Assembly (NCBI GenBank): GCA_039715015.1
Contig: JBDLIE010000005.1
Coordinates: 32,001 to 96,000, forward strand
DNA from: Thermodesulfobacteriota bacterium
GTDB lineage: Bacteria; Desulfobacterota; Desulfobulbia; Desulfobulbales; SURF-16
DNA length: 64,000 nucleotides
Direction of reading: 5' to 3'
The notes beneath the pieces were generated by a model. It searched no databases, was not told the DNA's origin, and worked only from the letters and a program-made list of their open reading frames with translations. Below are positions 1 to 10,102 of this stretch, in pieces; positions within the stretch are counted from its first letter, which is position 1, and each line of letters opens with the position of its first letter. The position numbers and the translations under genes were made by a program.

Positions 1-481
1 CGGTGATCTTATGAATGACTTCATCACAAAACTTAAGGATCATCTGGCGCTGTTTTTCCCTTTTGTCACGAAAACGTTTGCCCATGAGCATCTTGCCCGT
101 GGATGCATCGACAAGACGGAACTCAAGAACAAGGCGAGGCCCTTCGCTGATGTATTTGCCAATCACCACATAATTTGCCCCCAGCATGCGCCAATTTTGG
201 TCCTGACCACCGCCATAAACCTCCGGACTTATAATGTTGATAAAGCCGTGGAAATCTAAGCCCTTGGCAAGAAGTTCAGCCATGGATTTTCCTGAGTCGT
301 GATCCTGCTCAGGCCGATTTTTGTCGGTAAAATAGGGGACCGCAAAGTTAACCTTTTTGATCGCCGCATCAGTGATATCAATATCAATTACCTGTTGGGC
401 GTTTGAAGGTAAAGGTGTGCCGAAAATTAAAATGGCAGCAAGAAAAACAGTAGATGCGAAGTGGAGTTTCTTAATAGGCAT
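1..481 (-). CDS. tolB: Tol-Pal periplasmic protein TolB, N-terminal part (runs off the window)
   Basis: Not in the ORF track. Manual minus-strand translation from ATG at 481 gives MPIKKLHFASTVFLAAILIFGTPLPSNAQQVIDIDITDAAIKKVNFAVPYF..., a signal peptide plus a TolB_N-like segment, open to the window edge and directly downstream of tolQRA. Confidence 0.8.
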   Translation of the reverse strand, partial: MPIKKLHFASTVFLAAILIFGTPLPSNAQQVIDIDITDAAIKKVNFAVPYFTDKNRPEQDHDSGKSMAELLAKGLDFHGFINIISPEVYGGGQDQNWRMLGANYVVIGKYISEGPRLVLEFRLVDASTGKMLMGKRFRDKREKQRQMILKFCDEVIHKIT

Positions 482-513
482 AGTTAGCGACAAAGCTGAA
501 AATAGAGGGAAAA

Positions 514-1374
514 TCACATCATACCCTCAGGGTAGAATTTAAGGCGTAAGGGGCGGTGTGGTATTTCTTCAGGGAAGGGTGGTAGAGGAGAAGACTGTTC
601 AATGGTTTGCATGACGAATTTATCGAATTGGCCGTTTGCTGAAAGTTTTTCAAAGCTGCTTTCCGTTACAATTCCATCAAGACGGACTTCGATGATAACT
701 ATGGCCCGAAGATCTTTCGGCCAGATTTGACCTTCCGGCAGGCTCCAGAATCTGCCGATATGTTGGGCAACAAGGGCCTTATATTTTTTAAGGGCCGTGT
801 TGGCAGCCATACCCCTTTGTGAGCCAGAGCCTGTTGGAGTTCCGGTCTTGGCTGGGGCAATGATATCCATAACAGGCTCAGAGGCTGATTCTCTGGCCAT
901 GATCGATTGACGAATGGCCTTGAGGGCCTTTTCTTTTTCTGTCACCGCCTTTTCTTGCTGCTGAATACGGTCTAAGGCGGCAAGTACCATGGTTGGGTCC
1001 ATGGGCGGCAGACGGACATCCTTTTTAAGAGCGCGTGGGCGGATCAACTTAATCTCTGTGGGAGCCTTGGGAATAGTCCGGGTCGAGAGAAGGGGCTGAA
1101 GGCTTCGTGAGTTTTCTGTTGGGGCTGCATTCTCTCGCGGCGCAGGCTCATAGACATCATCGGGGGGGAGGGGGATCTCGTCTAGATCAATGAGGTCCAC
1201 TGAATAAATTTCCGGAATATTGCGGCTGAAAAAAAATAAGTCGCTGGGCAAGAGGGCAATACAAAGAATGGCCAGATGGATTGCAGCAGAAAAGAGAAAG
1301 GGATTACGCCATTTCTCGTCTTCCCATCGTGTTAGGAAGAAATCCTGCGGTGAAAATTTGAGTTGGCCAACCAT
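514..1374 (-). CDS. tolA: TolA/TonB-family envelope protein
   Basis: N-terminal TM helix with S..H (FSAAIHL), Pro-rich linker, TonB_C-like end (SSPLPPFP); lies between tolR and tolB. Confidence 0.8.
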   Translation of the reverse strand: MVGQLKFSPQDFFLTRWEDEKWRNPFLFSAAIHLAILCIALLPSDLFFFSRNIPEIYSVDLIDLDEIPLPPDDVYEPAPRENAAPTENSRSLQPLLSTRTIPKAPTEIKLIRPRALKKDVRLPPMDPTMVLAALDRIQQQEKAVTEKEKALKAIRQSIMARESASEPVMDIIAPAKTGTPTGSGSQRGMAANTALKKYKALVAQHIGRFWSLPEGQIWPKDLRAIVIIEVRLDGIVTESSFEKLSANGQFDKFVMQTIEQSSPLPPFPEEIPHRPLRLKFYPEGMM

Positions 1375-1449
1375 TTTTAGCTTAAATAATTCCTCTAGTG
1401 TCAGGTGAAACAGCAGCTATGCCGGAGTTTTTATTCAAAGGTGAGTGAG

Positions 1450-1869
1450 TTACCGTTTCTTTTCTACAGGGATAGTTACCATGCCCAGGTTGTCGAAGCC
1501 TGCCCTTTTGATATCGGCCATGACCTGGACAACAAGGCCATACTCCACCTTTTTGTCCGCCTTTATAAGGATAGTTTTTCCGGTATCATGGGTGGCAAGT
1601 TTGCTCAGTTCCTGGCGCAGAAGTTTGCGGTCTCCCTTAATCTTATCTATGCCAATGGCACCATTCTTCTTTATAGTTATAACAACAGGTTTATCATCCT
1701 GACGCAGGGCTTTGGCGGTTGTTTCGGGGAGATTGACCTCCAGACCTTCGGTCATCATGGGAGCTGTAATCATGAAAATGATGAGCAGCACCAGCATAAC
1801 ATCAACAAGGGGGGTGACATTGATGTCAGCCATCAGCCTTTTGCTGCCCCTGTTCGCTGTAAGGGCCAT
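1450..1869 (-). CDS. tolR: TolR (ExbD/TolR family)
   Basis: DINVTPLVDVMLVLLIIFMITAP motif; IKADKKVEYG. Confidence 0.92.
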   Translation of the reverse strand: MALTANRGSKRLMADINVTPLVDVMLVLLIIFMITAPMMTEGLEVNLPETTAKALRQDDKPVVITIKKNGAIGIDKIKGDRKLLRQELSKLATHDTGKTILIKADKKVEYGLVVQVMADIKRAGFDNLGMVTIPVEKKR

Positions 1870-2561
1870 TATTTTTCACCCTTTGAAATAAGATCACGCT
1901 CAACTAGATTGAGGAAGTCTGCTGAGAAGTTTGCCATGTCACTCTCAAGATAGCCTAATTTGTTGGAGTAAAAGTTGTAGAAGATAACAGCAGGAATGGC
2001 CACGGCTAGACCGGCGGCAGTGGCCACCAGTGCTTCGGAGATACCCGGTGCGACCACAGCAAGGGATGCCGAGCCATGGGTGCCGATTTCATTAAAAGAA
2101 ACCATGATGCCCCACACCGTGCCAAAAAGGCCAATGAAAGGGGTGGAGGAGCCGGTGGTGGCCAGAAAGGGCAGATATTTGCCGATGGTAACACTTTCAA
2201 TTGCCTCTGCCTTTTGCAAAACGCGTTTAAGGTTATTCATACCGGCGAGTCTCATTTCCAGGGTCTCCTGGCCATGCTCCCTGGCGCGTTCAATTTTCTG
2301 CATTTCGGTATAGCCAGTCTGGAAAATCTGGGCTTCGGGGCAAGGGCTCTCCTTGGCTATATGGAGGGCTTCCGTTAATGTTTTACAGAGCCAGAAGGAG
2401 GAAAGAAAGGTCTCAGATTCTTTTTCCAGTTCCTTGAAAAGAATAAATTTCTGGTAGACAATGAACCAGGAATAGCCTGAAAAGGTGAGAAGGACGAACA
2501 TGACAAATTTTACTGTGAAACCTGCATGCCAAAAGAGTGTAAAGATGTTGAGATCCTGCAC
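1869..2561 (-). CDS. tolQ: TolQ (MotA/TolQ/ExbB family)
   Basis: LATTGSSTPFIGLFGTVWGIM and VAPGISEALVATAAGL motifs; GTG start. Confidence 0.92.
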   Translation of the reverse strand: MQDLNIFTLFWHAGFTVKFVMFVLLTFSGYSWFIVYQKFILFKELEKESETFLSSFWLCKTLTEALHIAKESPCPEAQIFQTGYTEMQKIERAREHGQETLEMRLAGMNNLKRVLQKAEAIESVTIGKYLPFLATTGSSTPFIGLFGTVWGIMVSFNEIGTHGSASLAVVAPGISEALVATAAGLAVAIPAVIFYNFYSNKLGYLESDMANFSADFLNLVERDLISKGEK

Positions 2562-2923
2562 TGTTAGACCTGTTGGGAAGTTGAATTAGATATAATGATG
2601 GATGTTCTTGGAGCAAGATGTAAATTGATTATGAATCTATATCGTTTTTTTTGTTGATTATAAAGGAAATTCTTGGCTTCTGGGCGTGATAAAAACGCCT
2701 TGGTGCCTTTCAGATGGAAATTACCCTGCCATCCGCCTAAGTAAAGTGAAGGAAAATCCCCAAAAGGTTCCTTTTTTTCTTATGTCGTGTGGCTTTTTGC
2801 CTGTTTTTTTAACGGGCGATTTTTTTTGACACGTTCTTAAGCTTAATGGTAAATGATAAAATTCCAACAAAACTCATATTTTAATCGTTATCCCATAGAT
2901 ATTGCAGGTAGATTACCCCACCA

Positions 2924-4237
2924 ATGAAGACAATACATATCGGCATGATCGGCTTTGGCACCGTTGGCAGTGGTACGGCCCAGGTACTTCTTGAGCAGAG
3001 TAAGCGCATAACGCGCCGCACCGGTGTTCAAATCTGTCTAAAAACCGTTCTGGTTCGTTCTCCCCGGCAACTACCTGAAGAATTTGCAGATATTACTGTA
3101 ACCTGTGAGCCGGATGATCTTTTTAATGACCCGGATATTGATATCATCGTTGAGCTTATTGGTGGCATCGAACCTGCCCGTACCTATGCTCTCAAGGCTA
3201 TTGAAAAGGGCAAGCATGTGGTTACCGCCAACAAGGCCCTGCTTTCAGAGTGCGGTATTGAAATCTTTCAGGCTGCTGCCAAAAATAATGTTGAAGTAGG
3301 TTTTGAAGGCAGTGTGGCTGGTGGGATCCCGGTTGTTAAAACCATTAAAGAAGGTCTTGCAGCCAATCGTATTGTTTCCCTTATGGGTATTTTAAACGGT
3401 ACTGCTAACTACATTCTTACCCAGATGACCGATCATGGTTTGCCTTTTGCTGAGGTCTTGAAGGATGCCCAGGGCAAAGGCTATGCCGAGGCCGATCCTA
3501 CCTTTGATATTGAAGGTATTGATACGGCCCATAAGCTGGCAATTTTGGTTACCATGGCCTATGGCATTAAGGTCAATCTCGATGATATAGCGGTGGAAGG
3601 GATCAGTCGTATTGAGCCCATTGATATTAACTTGGCCCATGAGTTTGGCTACCGCATTAAGCTGCTGGCAATCAGTTGCAACCATGGTGATCATGTCGAG
3701 CTGCGGGTTCATCCTACTTTGGTTGCCGAATCCCATCTCCTGGCATCAATTAATGGTGCTTTTAATTCCGTTCATATTCAGGGAGATATGGTTGGTGATA
3801 TTCTCCTCTATGGACCTGGGGCGGGCAAGCTTGCAACCGGTAGTGCTGTTGCCGCAGATATTGTCGACATTTCCAGGAATATCGTCCATGGCGCCATTAA
3901 TCGTGTCTCGTGTCTCTCCTATCTTCCCGAGCATATAGAGTCACGCAAAGTTACTCCGATCAGCCAGTTGCGCTGTCCCTATTATTTCCGCTTCACCACC
4001 CTGGATCAGCCTGGTGTGCTGGCAACCATTGCCGGAATTTTAGGGAAATTCAATATCAGTATCGAGTCCGTTATCCAGAAATCCAATCATAAAAGCAAGA
4101 CCGTGCCTATTGTTATGCGCACCTACGAGGCAGTTGAGGCTTCCGTTGTTGAGGCCTTGGCCGAGATAGACAAGCTACCCATGGTTGCAGCTGAAACGGT
4201 GAAGATTCGAATCCTGGCTCAAGGGGATGAGGACTGA
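2924..4237 (+). CDS. hom: Homoserine dehydrogenase with C-terminal ACT domain
   Basis: GFGTVG, VVTANKA, GILNGTANYIL, YAEADPTFDIEGIDTAHK; ACT domain DQPGVLA. Confidence 0.95.
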   Translation: MKTIHIGMIGFGTVGSGTAQVLLEQSKRITRRTGVQICLKTVLVRSPRQLPEEFADITVTCEPDDLFNDPDIDIIVELIGGIEPARTYALKAIEKGKHVVTANKALLSECGIEIFQAAAKNNVEVGFEGSVAGGIPVVKTIKEGLAANRIVSLMGILNGTANYILTQMTDHGLPFAEVLKDAQGKGYAEADPTFDIEGIDTAHKLAILVTMAYGIKVNLDDIAVEGISRIEPIDINLAHEFGYRIKLLAISCNHGDHVELRVHPTLVAESHLLASINGAFNSVHIQGDMVGDILLYGPGAGKLATGSAVAADIVDISRNIVHGAINRVSCLSYLPEHIESRKVTPISQLRCPYYFRFTTLDQPGVLATIAGILGKFNISIESVIQKSNHKSKTVPIVMRTYEAVEASVVEALAEIDKLPMVAAETVKIRILAQGDED

Positions 4238-5433
4238 TGAAGACTGTAATTTTGGTGGGGGATGGCATGGGGGATTACGCCCATGAGGATCTTGGTGGTA
4301 AGACCGTCCTTGAGGCTGCTCGTACCCCTGGCATGGACCATCTCGCCCAAAATGGCAAGATGGCCCTCTTGCAAACAGTTCCTGATGGGATGCTGCCTGG
4401 CAGCGATGTTGCCAATTTGTCTCTGCTCGGATATCGGCCGGAGGAGTTTTATACCGGTCGCTCTCCCCTTGAAGCTGCCAGTATGGGGGTTGATCTTGGT
4501 CCTGAAGATATTGCCTTTCGCCTTAACCTGGTGAATGTCAGGGAGAAAGACGGGGCAATGACCATGATTGATTATAGTGCCGGTCATATCTCTACAGCTG
4601 AAGCCCATGAGTTGATTGATAGTCTGCAGGCCGCCCTGCCAGCTGAATACCTGGCCCTATATCCCGGTATCAGCTATCGCCATTTGCTTGTGGTGGATGC
4701 CGATATTGCGGACCTAAAGACAGTACCGCCCCATGATTATCCAGAAAAGGATGTGACCCCCTTTTGGCAGAGTTACTCCTCAGTGCCTTTACTTGCTGAT
4801 TTTATCCGCAAGGCAAAGATCATTCTTGCCGATCATCCGGTTAACCTGAAACGCGTTAGTGAAGGAAAATTGCCAGCTAATTGTGTCTGGCTTTGGGGAC
4901 AAGGCAAGGCACCAGCCATGCTGGACCTGCAAGAGCTCTACGGAGTGAGCGGGGCCCTTATCTCCGCAGTAGATCTCCTGAAAGGCATAGGCGTTTATGC
5001 CGGTATGGAAGTGCTGGAAGTTGAAGGGGCCACCGGATATCTTGACACCAATTACCAGGGCAAGGTTGAGGCAGCCTTGGATTCCTTAACGCGCCATGAC
5101 CTAGTTTTCGTCCATGTGGAAGCGCCTGATGAAACAGGCCATCAAGGGTTGCTCAGAGAAAAAATTCAGGCTGTTGAAGATTTTGACAGCAAAATTGTCC
5201 GGCCTATTTTTGCCGGCCTTGAGAAATTAGATTCCTTTCGCCTCGTTGTCTGCATGGACCATTTTACCCCGGTTTCATTGAAGACCCATACCAATGACCC
5301 GGTGCCGGTAGCTATCTATGATCCCAGCCAGCTTGGGCAGAATGATTTTTCTTCTTACACCGAAGAAAGCGGCCGTCAGGCAGGAGTAATTTATAATGAT
5401 GGTGCACAGTTCATGAAAGCGGTGCTTGCGTGA
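4237..5433 (+). CDS. apgM: Cofactor-independent phosphoglycerate mutase family protein (ApgM-type; proposed homoserine kinase subgroup)
   Basis: LVGDGMGD, PGSDVANLSLLGY, GRSPLEA, HVEAPDETGH, DHFTP metal-binding motifs; coupled to hom. Confidence 0.85.
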   Translation: MKTVILVGDGMGDYAHEDLGGKTVLEAARTPGMDHLAQNGKMALLQTVPDGMLPGSDVANLSLLGYRPEEFYTGRSPLEAASMGVDLGPEDIAFRLNLVNVREKDGAMTMIDYSAGHISTAEAHELIDSLQAALPAEYLALYPGISYRHLLVVDADIADLKTVPPHDYPEKDVTPFWQSYSSVPLLADFIRKAKIILADHPVNLKRVSEGKLPANCVWLWGQGKAPAMLDLQELYGVSGALISAVDLLKGIGVYAGMEVLEVEGATGYLDTNYQGKVEAALDSLTRHDLVFVHVEAPDETGHQGLLREKIQAVEDFDSKIVRPIFAGLEKLDSFRLVVCMDHFTPVSLKTHTNDPVPVAIYDPSQLGQNDFSSYTEESGRQAGVIYNDGAQFMKAVLA

Positions 5434-5873
5434 CAAGAAAACTTACCATGTCTATGTCCGAACCTGTCAAGAAAAGCCAGGTTCGTGTTCTATACGGCGA
5501 TACCGATGCTGGTGGTATGGTGTATAATGCTACCTATCTTCGCTATTTTGAACAGGGACGTGGAGATTTAATGAGGGAATGCGGTCTTCCCTATAAACTC
5601 CTTGAGGAAAGGGGCTATATTCTTCCCCTTGTTGAAAGTTATCTGCGCTACAAGGCGCCGGCGCGCTATGATGACCTGCTTTTGATAGAAACCTGTTTGG
5701 CCGATCTCTCTCCTTTTTCCTGCCGTTTTCATTGCCGTATTAAAAATAGTGAGGACGGCAGGCTGCTCGTTAAAGGATTTACCCATCATGCCGCAATTAA
5801 CCGGCAGGGAAAATTAACACCGTTGCCGGATGATGTTATTGATGTACTGAGTGGCTATCTTTGCGAGAAGTAG
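5430..5873 (+). CDS. YbgC/4HBT-family acyl-CoA thioesterase
   Basis: RVLYGDTDAGGMVYNATYLRYFEQGR, YKAPARYDD. Confidence 0.85.
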   Translation: MTRKLTMSMSEPVKKSQVRVLYGDTDAGGMVYNATYLRYFEQGRGDLMRECGLPYKLLEERGYILPLVESYLRYKAPARYDDLLLIETCLADLSPFSCRFHCRIKNSEDGRLLVKGFTHHAAINRQGKLTPLPDDVIDVLSGYLCEK

Positions 5874-5912
5874 GATCGTGCTTTTTAAGGGACGATCTTG
5901 AGTTGATGGCAT

Positions 5913-5947
5913 AAAAAAAGGCTAACCTAAAAAAAAGGTTAGCCTTT
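5913..5947. terminator. Intrinsic terminator-like hairpin between the thioesterase and tRNA
   Basis: aaaggctaacct ... aggttagccttt inverted repeat; the A-run on + gives a U-tail on - downstream of the tRNA. Confidence 0.65.
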
Positions 5948-5956
5948 GGAAGTACA

Positions 5957-6033
<77 letters not shown>

Positions 6034-6045
6034 TCAGTGAAAAAG

Positions 6046-6074
6046 ACAATACTTCTTGTCCCTTGCTATGTCAA
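6046..6074 (-). promoter_or_regulatory. sigma70 promoter of tRNA-fMet
   Basis: TTGACA-17 nt-TATTGT on the minus strand, about 12 nt upstream of the tRNA. Confidence 0.7.
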
Positions 6075-6143
6075 CGTTTTTGTTGCATTTAACTTGCTCT
6101 AAAAGGGCTTTTCCCTACAGTGCTGTAAGTAGCGAAGGTTATC

Positions 6144-7289
6144 ATGAAACATGCGCATGAAGAAGAGATTGGGGATAGGCGAAGCAGTATCCTCCTTGTT
6201 GATGATTTGATCAGCAACGTCAAATTACTTGCTCGTCACCTCGATGAATATAAACTTTTTTTTGCTTTGGATGGCGCCACGGCCCTATCTGTTGCCGAAG
6301 AAAGCCAACCTGATATCATTCTCCTTGACGTAATGATGCCTGATATCGATGGTTATGAGCTCTGCCGTCGTTTTAAGGAGAATCCCAAAACAAAAAAGAT
6401 ACCTGTCATTTTTGTTACAGCAAAAAACCAAGAGGATGATGAGGAGTTGGGTCTACAGGTCGGAGCCATCGATTTTATCTCAAAACCGGTAAATGGCGCC
6501 ATTCTCCGTGCCCGTCTGGGTAATCATCTTGAGCTTAAGGAGCATCGTGATAATCTCGCCGGCCTTCTTTCTGAAAAGAGCCAAGAGCTTGATGCAACCT
6601 ATGAACAATTGCTTCATGCTGAGAAACTGAGCACCCTTGGCAAGTTGACCTCGTCAATCTCCCATGAGTTTTCCAGTCCTCTTTTTGGAATGGAGCAGAT
6701 ACTGACCACCTTTTTTGAAGAAGAGGGCAATGATGATAAAAAACATTTGCTTGGTGTCTGTATCGATGAGTGCCGGCGGCTGAGAGAGCTCATTCGGTCC
6801 ATGCAGAATTTTGGCAGACCAACCTCTTCTCATATGGGGCCAACCGATTTGAATGATGTCATCGGTGATGTCTTACGGCTCTGCGCTAAAAATTTCGAGA
6901 AAAATAGTATTAATATAGAGAAAAAACTCCAGCAAATTCCTCTGATCAATGCCATTGATGACCAGATGAAGCAGGTGGTTTTCAATCTCGTAACCAACGC
7001 CTGTGACGCTGTTGACAAGCCGGGCGGCAGGGTATTACTCTCTACCAGCAACAAGGGAAAGTTTGTGATTTTCTCTGTTACGGATAATGGCAGCGGTATT
7101 GACTCCTCAGATGTTCAGGCAGTCTTTGCTCCTTTTTTTACCACCAAGGAAGAGGGGAGGGGCACCGGCTTGGGGCTTTCAATTTGCTATGGAATCGTCG
7201 CAACCCACAAAGGTACCATTGAGGTTAAATCAAAACCAGGCTATGGCTCTACCTTCACAGTTCGTATTCCTGTTATGGAGAAGAAATGA
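6144..7289 (+). CDS. Cytoplasmic hybrid response regulator / histidine kinase (REC-HisKA-HATPase)
   Basis: LLVDD..., LLDVMMP, SISHEFSSPL H-box, NLVTNACDA, DNGSGI, PFFTTK, GTGLGL. Confidence 0.9.
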   Translation: MKHAHEEEIGDRRSSILLVDDLISNVKLLARHLDEYKLFFALDGATALSVAEESQPDIILLDVMMPDIDGYELCRRFKENPKTKKIPVIFVTAKNQEDDEELGLQVGAIDFISKPVNGAILRARLGNHLELKEHRDNLAGLLSEKSQELDATYEQLLHAEKLSTLGKLTSSISHEFSSPLFGMEQILTTFFEEEGNDDKKHLLGVCIDECRRLRELIRSMQNFGRPTSSHMGPTDLNDVIGDVLRLCAKNFEKNSINIEKKLQQIPLINAIDDQMKQVVFNLVTNACDAVDKPGGRVLLSTSNKGKFVIFSVTDNGSGIDSSDVQAVFAPFFTTKEEGRGTGLGLSICYGIVATHKGTIEVKSKPGYGSTFTVRIPVMEKK

Positions 7290-7939
7290 TGGAAAATGAG
7301 GTAAAGGTTCTTCTGGTCGATGACCATCTTCTTGTCAGGTATGGCCTAAAAGCCATGTTGGAGCGTATTGATGGTTTTGTCTGTGTGGCAGAGGCCGATA
7401 ATGGTAGAGAAGGGATTTCCCTGGCCCGTGAGCACGAGCCGGATGTTGTGGTCCTTGATATTGATCTCGGTAAAGGTATGAATGGCTTTGATGTTGCCGA
7501 GGAGATTAAAGCTACCTCGCCAAATTCGAGAATTCTCATGCTCACGGGTAATCCTAAGCCACAGTTTTTTCAGATGGCCATTCAGACAGGTTGTGCTGGC
7601 TATGTCCTTAAGGTCGATTCTGACCAGGAATTCAAGCAGGCCCTTGAAACCGTGGCCAAAGGCGGAAAATATCTGTCAAGATCTTTTACTGACGATGTCT
7701 TTCAGCTTCTTCAACAGAGCAATAATCTTGAGGGGGATAACCCTGAAAACCTTCTTACCCCCAGGGAGAACTCCATAGCGCATCTCATCTGTAAAGGCCT
7801 TAATGACGATGCCATTGGTGAAGAACTCTGTATCAGTCCAAAGACGGTGCGTGTCCATAAGTCTAATATTAAAAGGAAATTTAACTGTAAGACCAGCGGT
7901 GAGCTTATTTTGAAATTAACGTCCCTTGATTTTGGTTAA
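7286..7939 (+). CDS. NarL/LuxR-family response regulator
   Basis: LLVDDH receiver domain; LTPRE...ISPKTVRVHKSNI helix-turn-helix. Confidence 0.92.
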   Translation: MMENEVKVLLVDDHLLVRYGLKAMLERIDGFVCVAEADNGREGISLAREHEPDVVVLDIDLGKGMNGFDVAEEIKATSPNSRILMLTGNPKPQFFQMAIQTGCAGYVLKVDSDQEFKQALETVAKGGKYLSRSFTDDVFQLLQQSNNLEGDNPENLLTPRENSIAHLICKGLNDDAIGEELCISPKTVRVHKSNIKRKFNCKTSGELILKLTSLDFG

Positions 7940-8088
7940 ATGCCTCTCTTTTTTTAGTAAACTCTATCTACTTTCCCCTAACTCCCTTGAAATACAATAT
8001 TTTCTTGCATTTTGCTTTTTTGAATGGTAGTCATTATCAATCTCGTTGTTTTAAATAACCAATGTGATGTTCATGGGGGTGGCACACA

Positions 8089-9078
8089 ATGGCAATGCAA
8101 GAAAAGATTTTTGAAGTTGATTTTGACAAGCTGCGAGACCGTGCTGATAAGCTCGATAACGCATTATCTGTAGAAACAACGGGGCTTGCCAGACATGTCA
8201 ATAATGACCAGATATGGCAGTGTACATTTGATTTCATAGAGGATCTCCTCTTTATTGTTGATCGACAGTTTAACATTATCCGTGCCAATAAAGCGGCACA
8301 GGATCTCTTCCCAGACAGACCGATTCTCGGTCAAAAATGCTTTAAAATTTTCCATAACTCAAACCAGCCCATAGAAAAATGCCCGGGCTGCCGTGTTTTC
8401 CATTCCGGCAATCCAGAATCCATGGAAAGCAGTGAGTGTAATATGTTTGGTCGTTCGTTTGAGGTAAACGTCCGCCCTGTCAAGGATGACCACGGTTTTG
8501 TCTGGCAGGTCCTTCATATCTGCAAAGATATCACCAAGCTTAAAAAGCTTGAACAACGACTCAGAGATTTAGAGATAAAAGATAGCCTTACCGCCCTATT
8601 TAACAGGCGTACTTTTAACAAGATACTGACCAGAGAGTATGAGTTGGCCGCTGTGCGGCGCTCCGATCTGACCGTGCTGGTCATGGAACTCGATGGGTTG
8701 AAATTGATTAACCAGGAATGTGGCCATCAGTATGGTGATTATATCCTGCAAGAATTTAGTCATGAGCTGCAAAATAGGCTGGGTCCCGCATCTCTCTGTG
8801 CTCGAACCACAGGTGAACAATTTGCTGTTTTGTTGCCTCAGGTTGATTTTGAGGGGGCACAACGGCTTGCTGAGGATATTCATCAAATGGCCGAAAATCA
8901 TATTTATGATGATTTTTTCTGTCGCCAGGTCACGGTGAGTATCGGTGTTGCCTCTCTCCTTGATCATAATCCCAACAGTCAGGACCAATTATTTTGTTTT
9001 GCTGAGAATGCCCTGCGTGTTGCAAAACGTTGCGGCCGAAATCAAATAACGGTTTACAATCTGGAAGATTTTATTTGA
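8089..9078 (+). CDS. PAS plus degenerate GGDEF-domain protein
   Basis: PAS-like N-terminus; DSLTALFNRR, VTVSIGVA, AKRCGRN; active-site motif reads RTTGEQF. Confidence 0.85.
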   Translation: MAMQEKIFEVDFDKLRDRADKLDNALSVETTGLARHVNNDQIWQCTFDFIEDLLFIVDRQFNIIRANKAAQDLFPDRPILGQKCFKIFHNSNQPIEKCPGCRVFHSGNPESMESSECNMFGRSFEVNVRPVKDDHGFVWQVLHICKDITKLKKLEQRLRDLEIKDSLTALFNRRTFNKILTREYELAAVRRSDLTVLVMELDGLKLINQECGHQYGDYILQEFSHELQNRLGPASLCARTTGEQFAVLLPQVDFEGAQRLAEDIHQMAENHIYDDFFCRQVTVSIGVASLLDHNPNSQDQLFCFAENALRVAKRCGRNQITVYNLEDFI

Positions 9079-9079
9079 T

Positions 9080-10087
9080 TTACCAGCCTTGGTAGAATTC
9101 CTGGCTGTTTCCCTGCTTGATTCGAACTATCTGTGTTTCAAGATCACCTATTTCCCGTTGCCAATACCCTTCTGTGCCCCAGTCAGGAATAATCGTGCTT
9201 GCCGCTTGTCTGTCATGGGATTGATAGGCGCACCAGGCCATGAAATGGATATAACGCATGGCCCGCAAGGGTTCAATGAGGGCCAGCTCACGCCGGTCAA
9301 AAGCTCTAAACACCTCATACCCATCCAGAAAATGTTCTATTTCCTGAAAGCTGTCATCCCGATATCCCGGCAAAACCATCCAGAAGTCCTGTACAGCCGG
9401 CCCCATAACCATGTCATCAAAATCGATGAGAAGAAAGGATTCCTGGCTACGGTGTAAAATGTTGCCAAAGTGGCAATCGCCATGGAGGCGGATGGTATCT
9501 GCATCGGTAAAGAGTGGCGTAATAAGCTCAAGGAGTTCCCGGCATACCCTTTCAAAAAGAGGGGCCAGTTCGCTTGGAAAGAAGTCCCCTGATAACAGAA
9601 ATTCTATCTGTTTACGGGTCATGTGGTCCGGCAAGAGGACGGGGCGGGCCTCGGCTTTTTTGGTGGCGGCAATGGTATGCATGCGGCCAATAAAACGGCC
9701 TAGCTCCTGCCACTGCTCTAATGAGTACTCATCAAGAAAGCGACCGCTCCGCTTTGGGTAGAGGGCATAATAAATGGAGTTATGGCAAAAGAGAGTTTGG
9801 TCGCCGTTTAAGGAGAGTGGGGAGACCACTGATAATTCTTGTTGGGCAAGCTCACCGACAAAGGCATGCTCTTCAAGGATGGCCTTTTTGCTCCAGCGGC
9901 CCGGACGGTAAAATTTAGCAATGAGCCTCGTTCCATCCTCTTTTTCAAGCTCGTAAACCCTATTTATATAAGAGTTAAGAGCCAAACAGTAGGGGGTGAA
10001 GTGGGATGATGTCGCCGCCTCTGCTGTTGAGATAATCTCATCAGGGCCAAGGGCGGCAAAAGAGTCCATGTCTTGAATTTTTGGCAA
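9080..10087 (-). CDS. srkA: Stress response Ser/Thr kinase SrkA/RdoA
   Basis: ALNSYINRVY, AKFYRPGRWS, RLHGDCH, DFDD, GPAVQD, LIEPLRAMR. Confidence 0.9.
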   Translation of the reverse strand: MPKIQDMDSFAALGPDEIISTAEAATSSHFTPYCLALNSYINRVYELEKEDGTRLIAKFYRPGRWSKKAILEEHAFVGELAQQELSVVSPLSLNGDQTLFCHNSIYYALYPKRSGRFLDEYSLEQWQELGRFIGRMHTIAATKKAEARPVLLPDHMTRKQIEFLLSGDFFPSELAPLFERVCRELLELITPLFTDADTIRLHGDCHFGNILHRSQESFLLIDFDDMVMGPAVQDFWMVLPGYRDDSFQEIEHFLDGYEVFRAFDRRELALIEPLRAMRYIHFMAWCAYQSHDRQAASTIIPDWGTEGYWQREIGDLETQIVRIKQGNSQEFYQGW

Positions 10088-10102
10088 AATGTTTGGTTGG
10101 CA

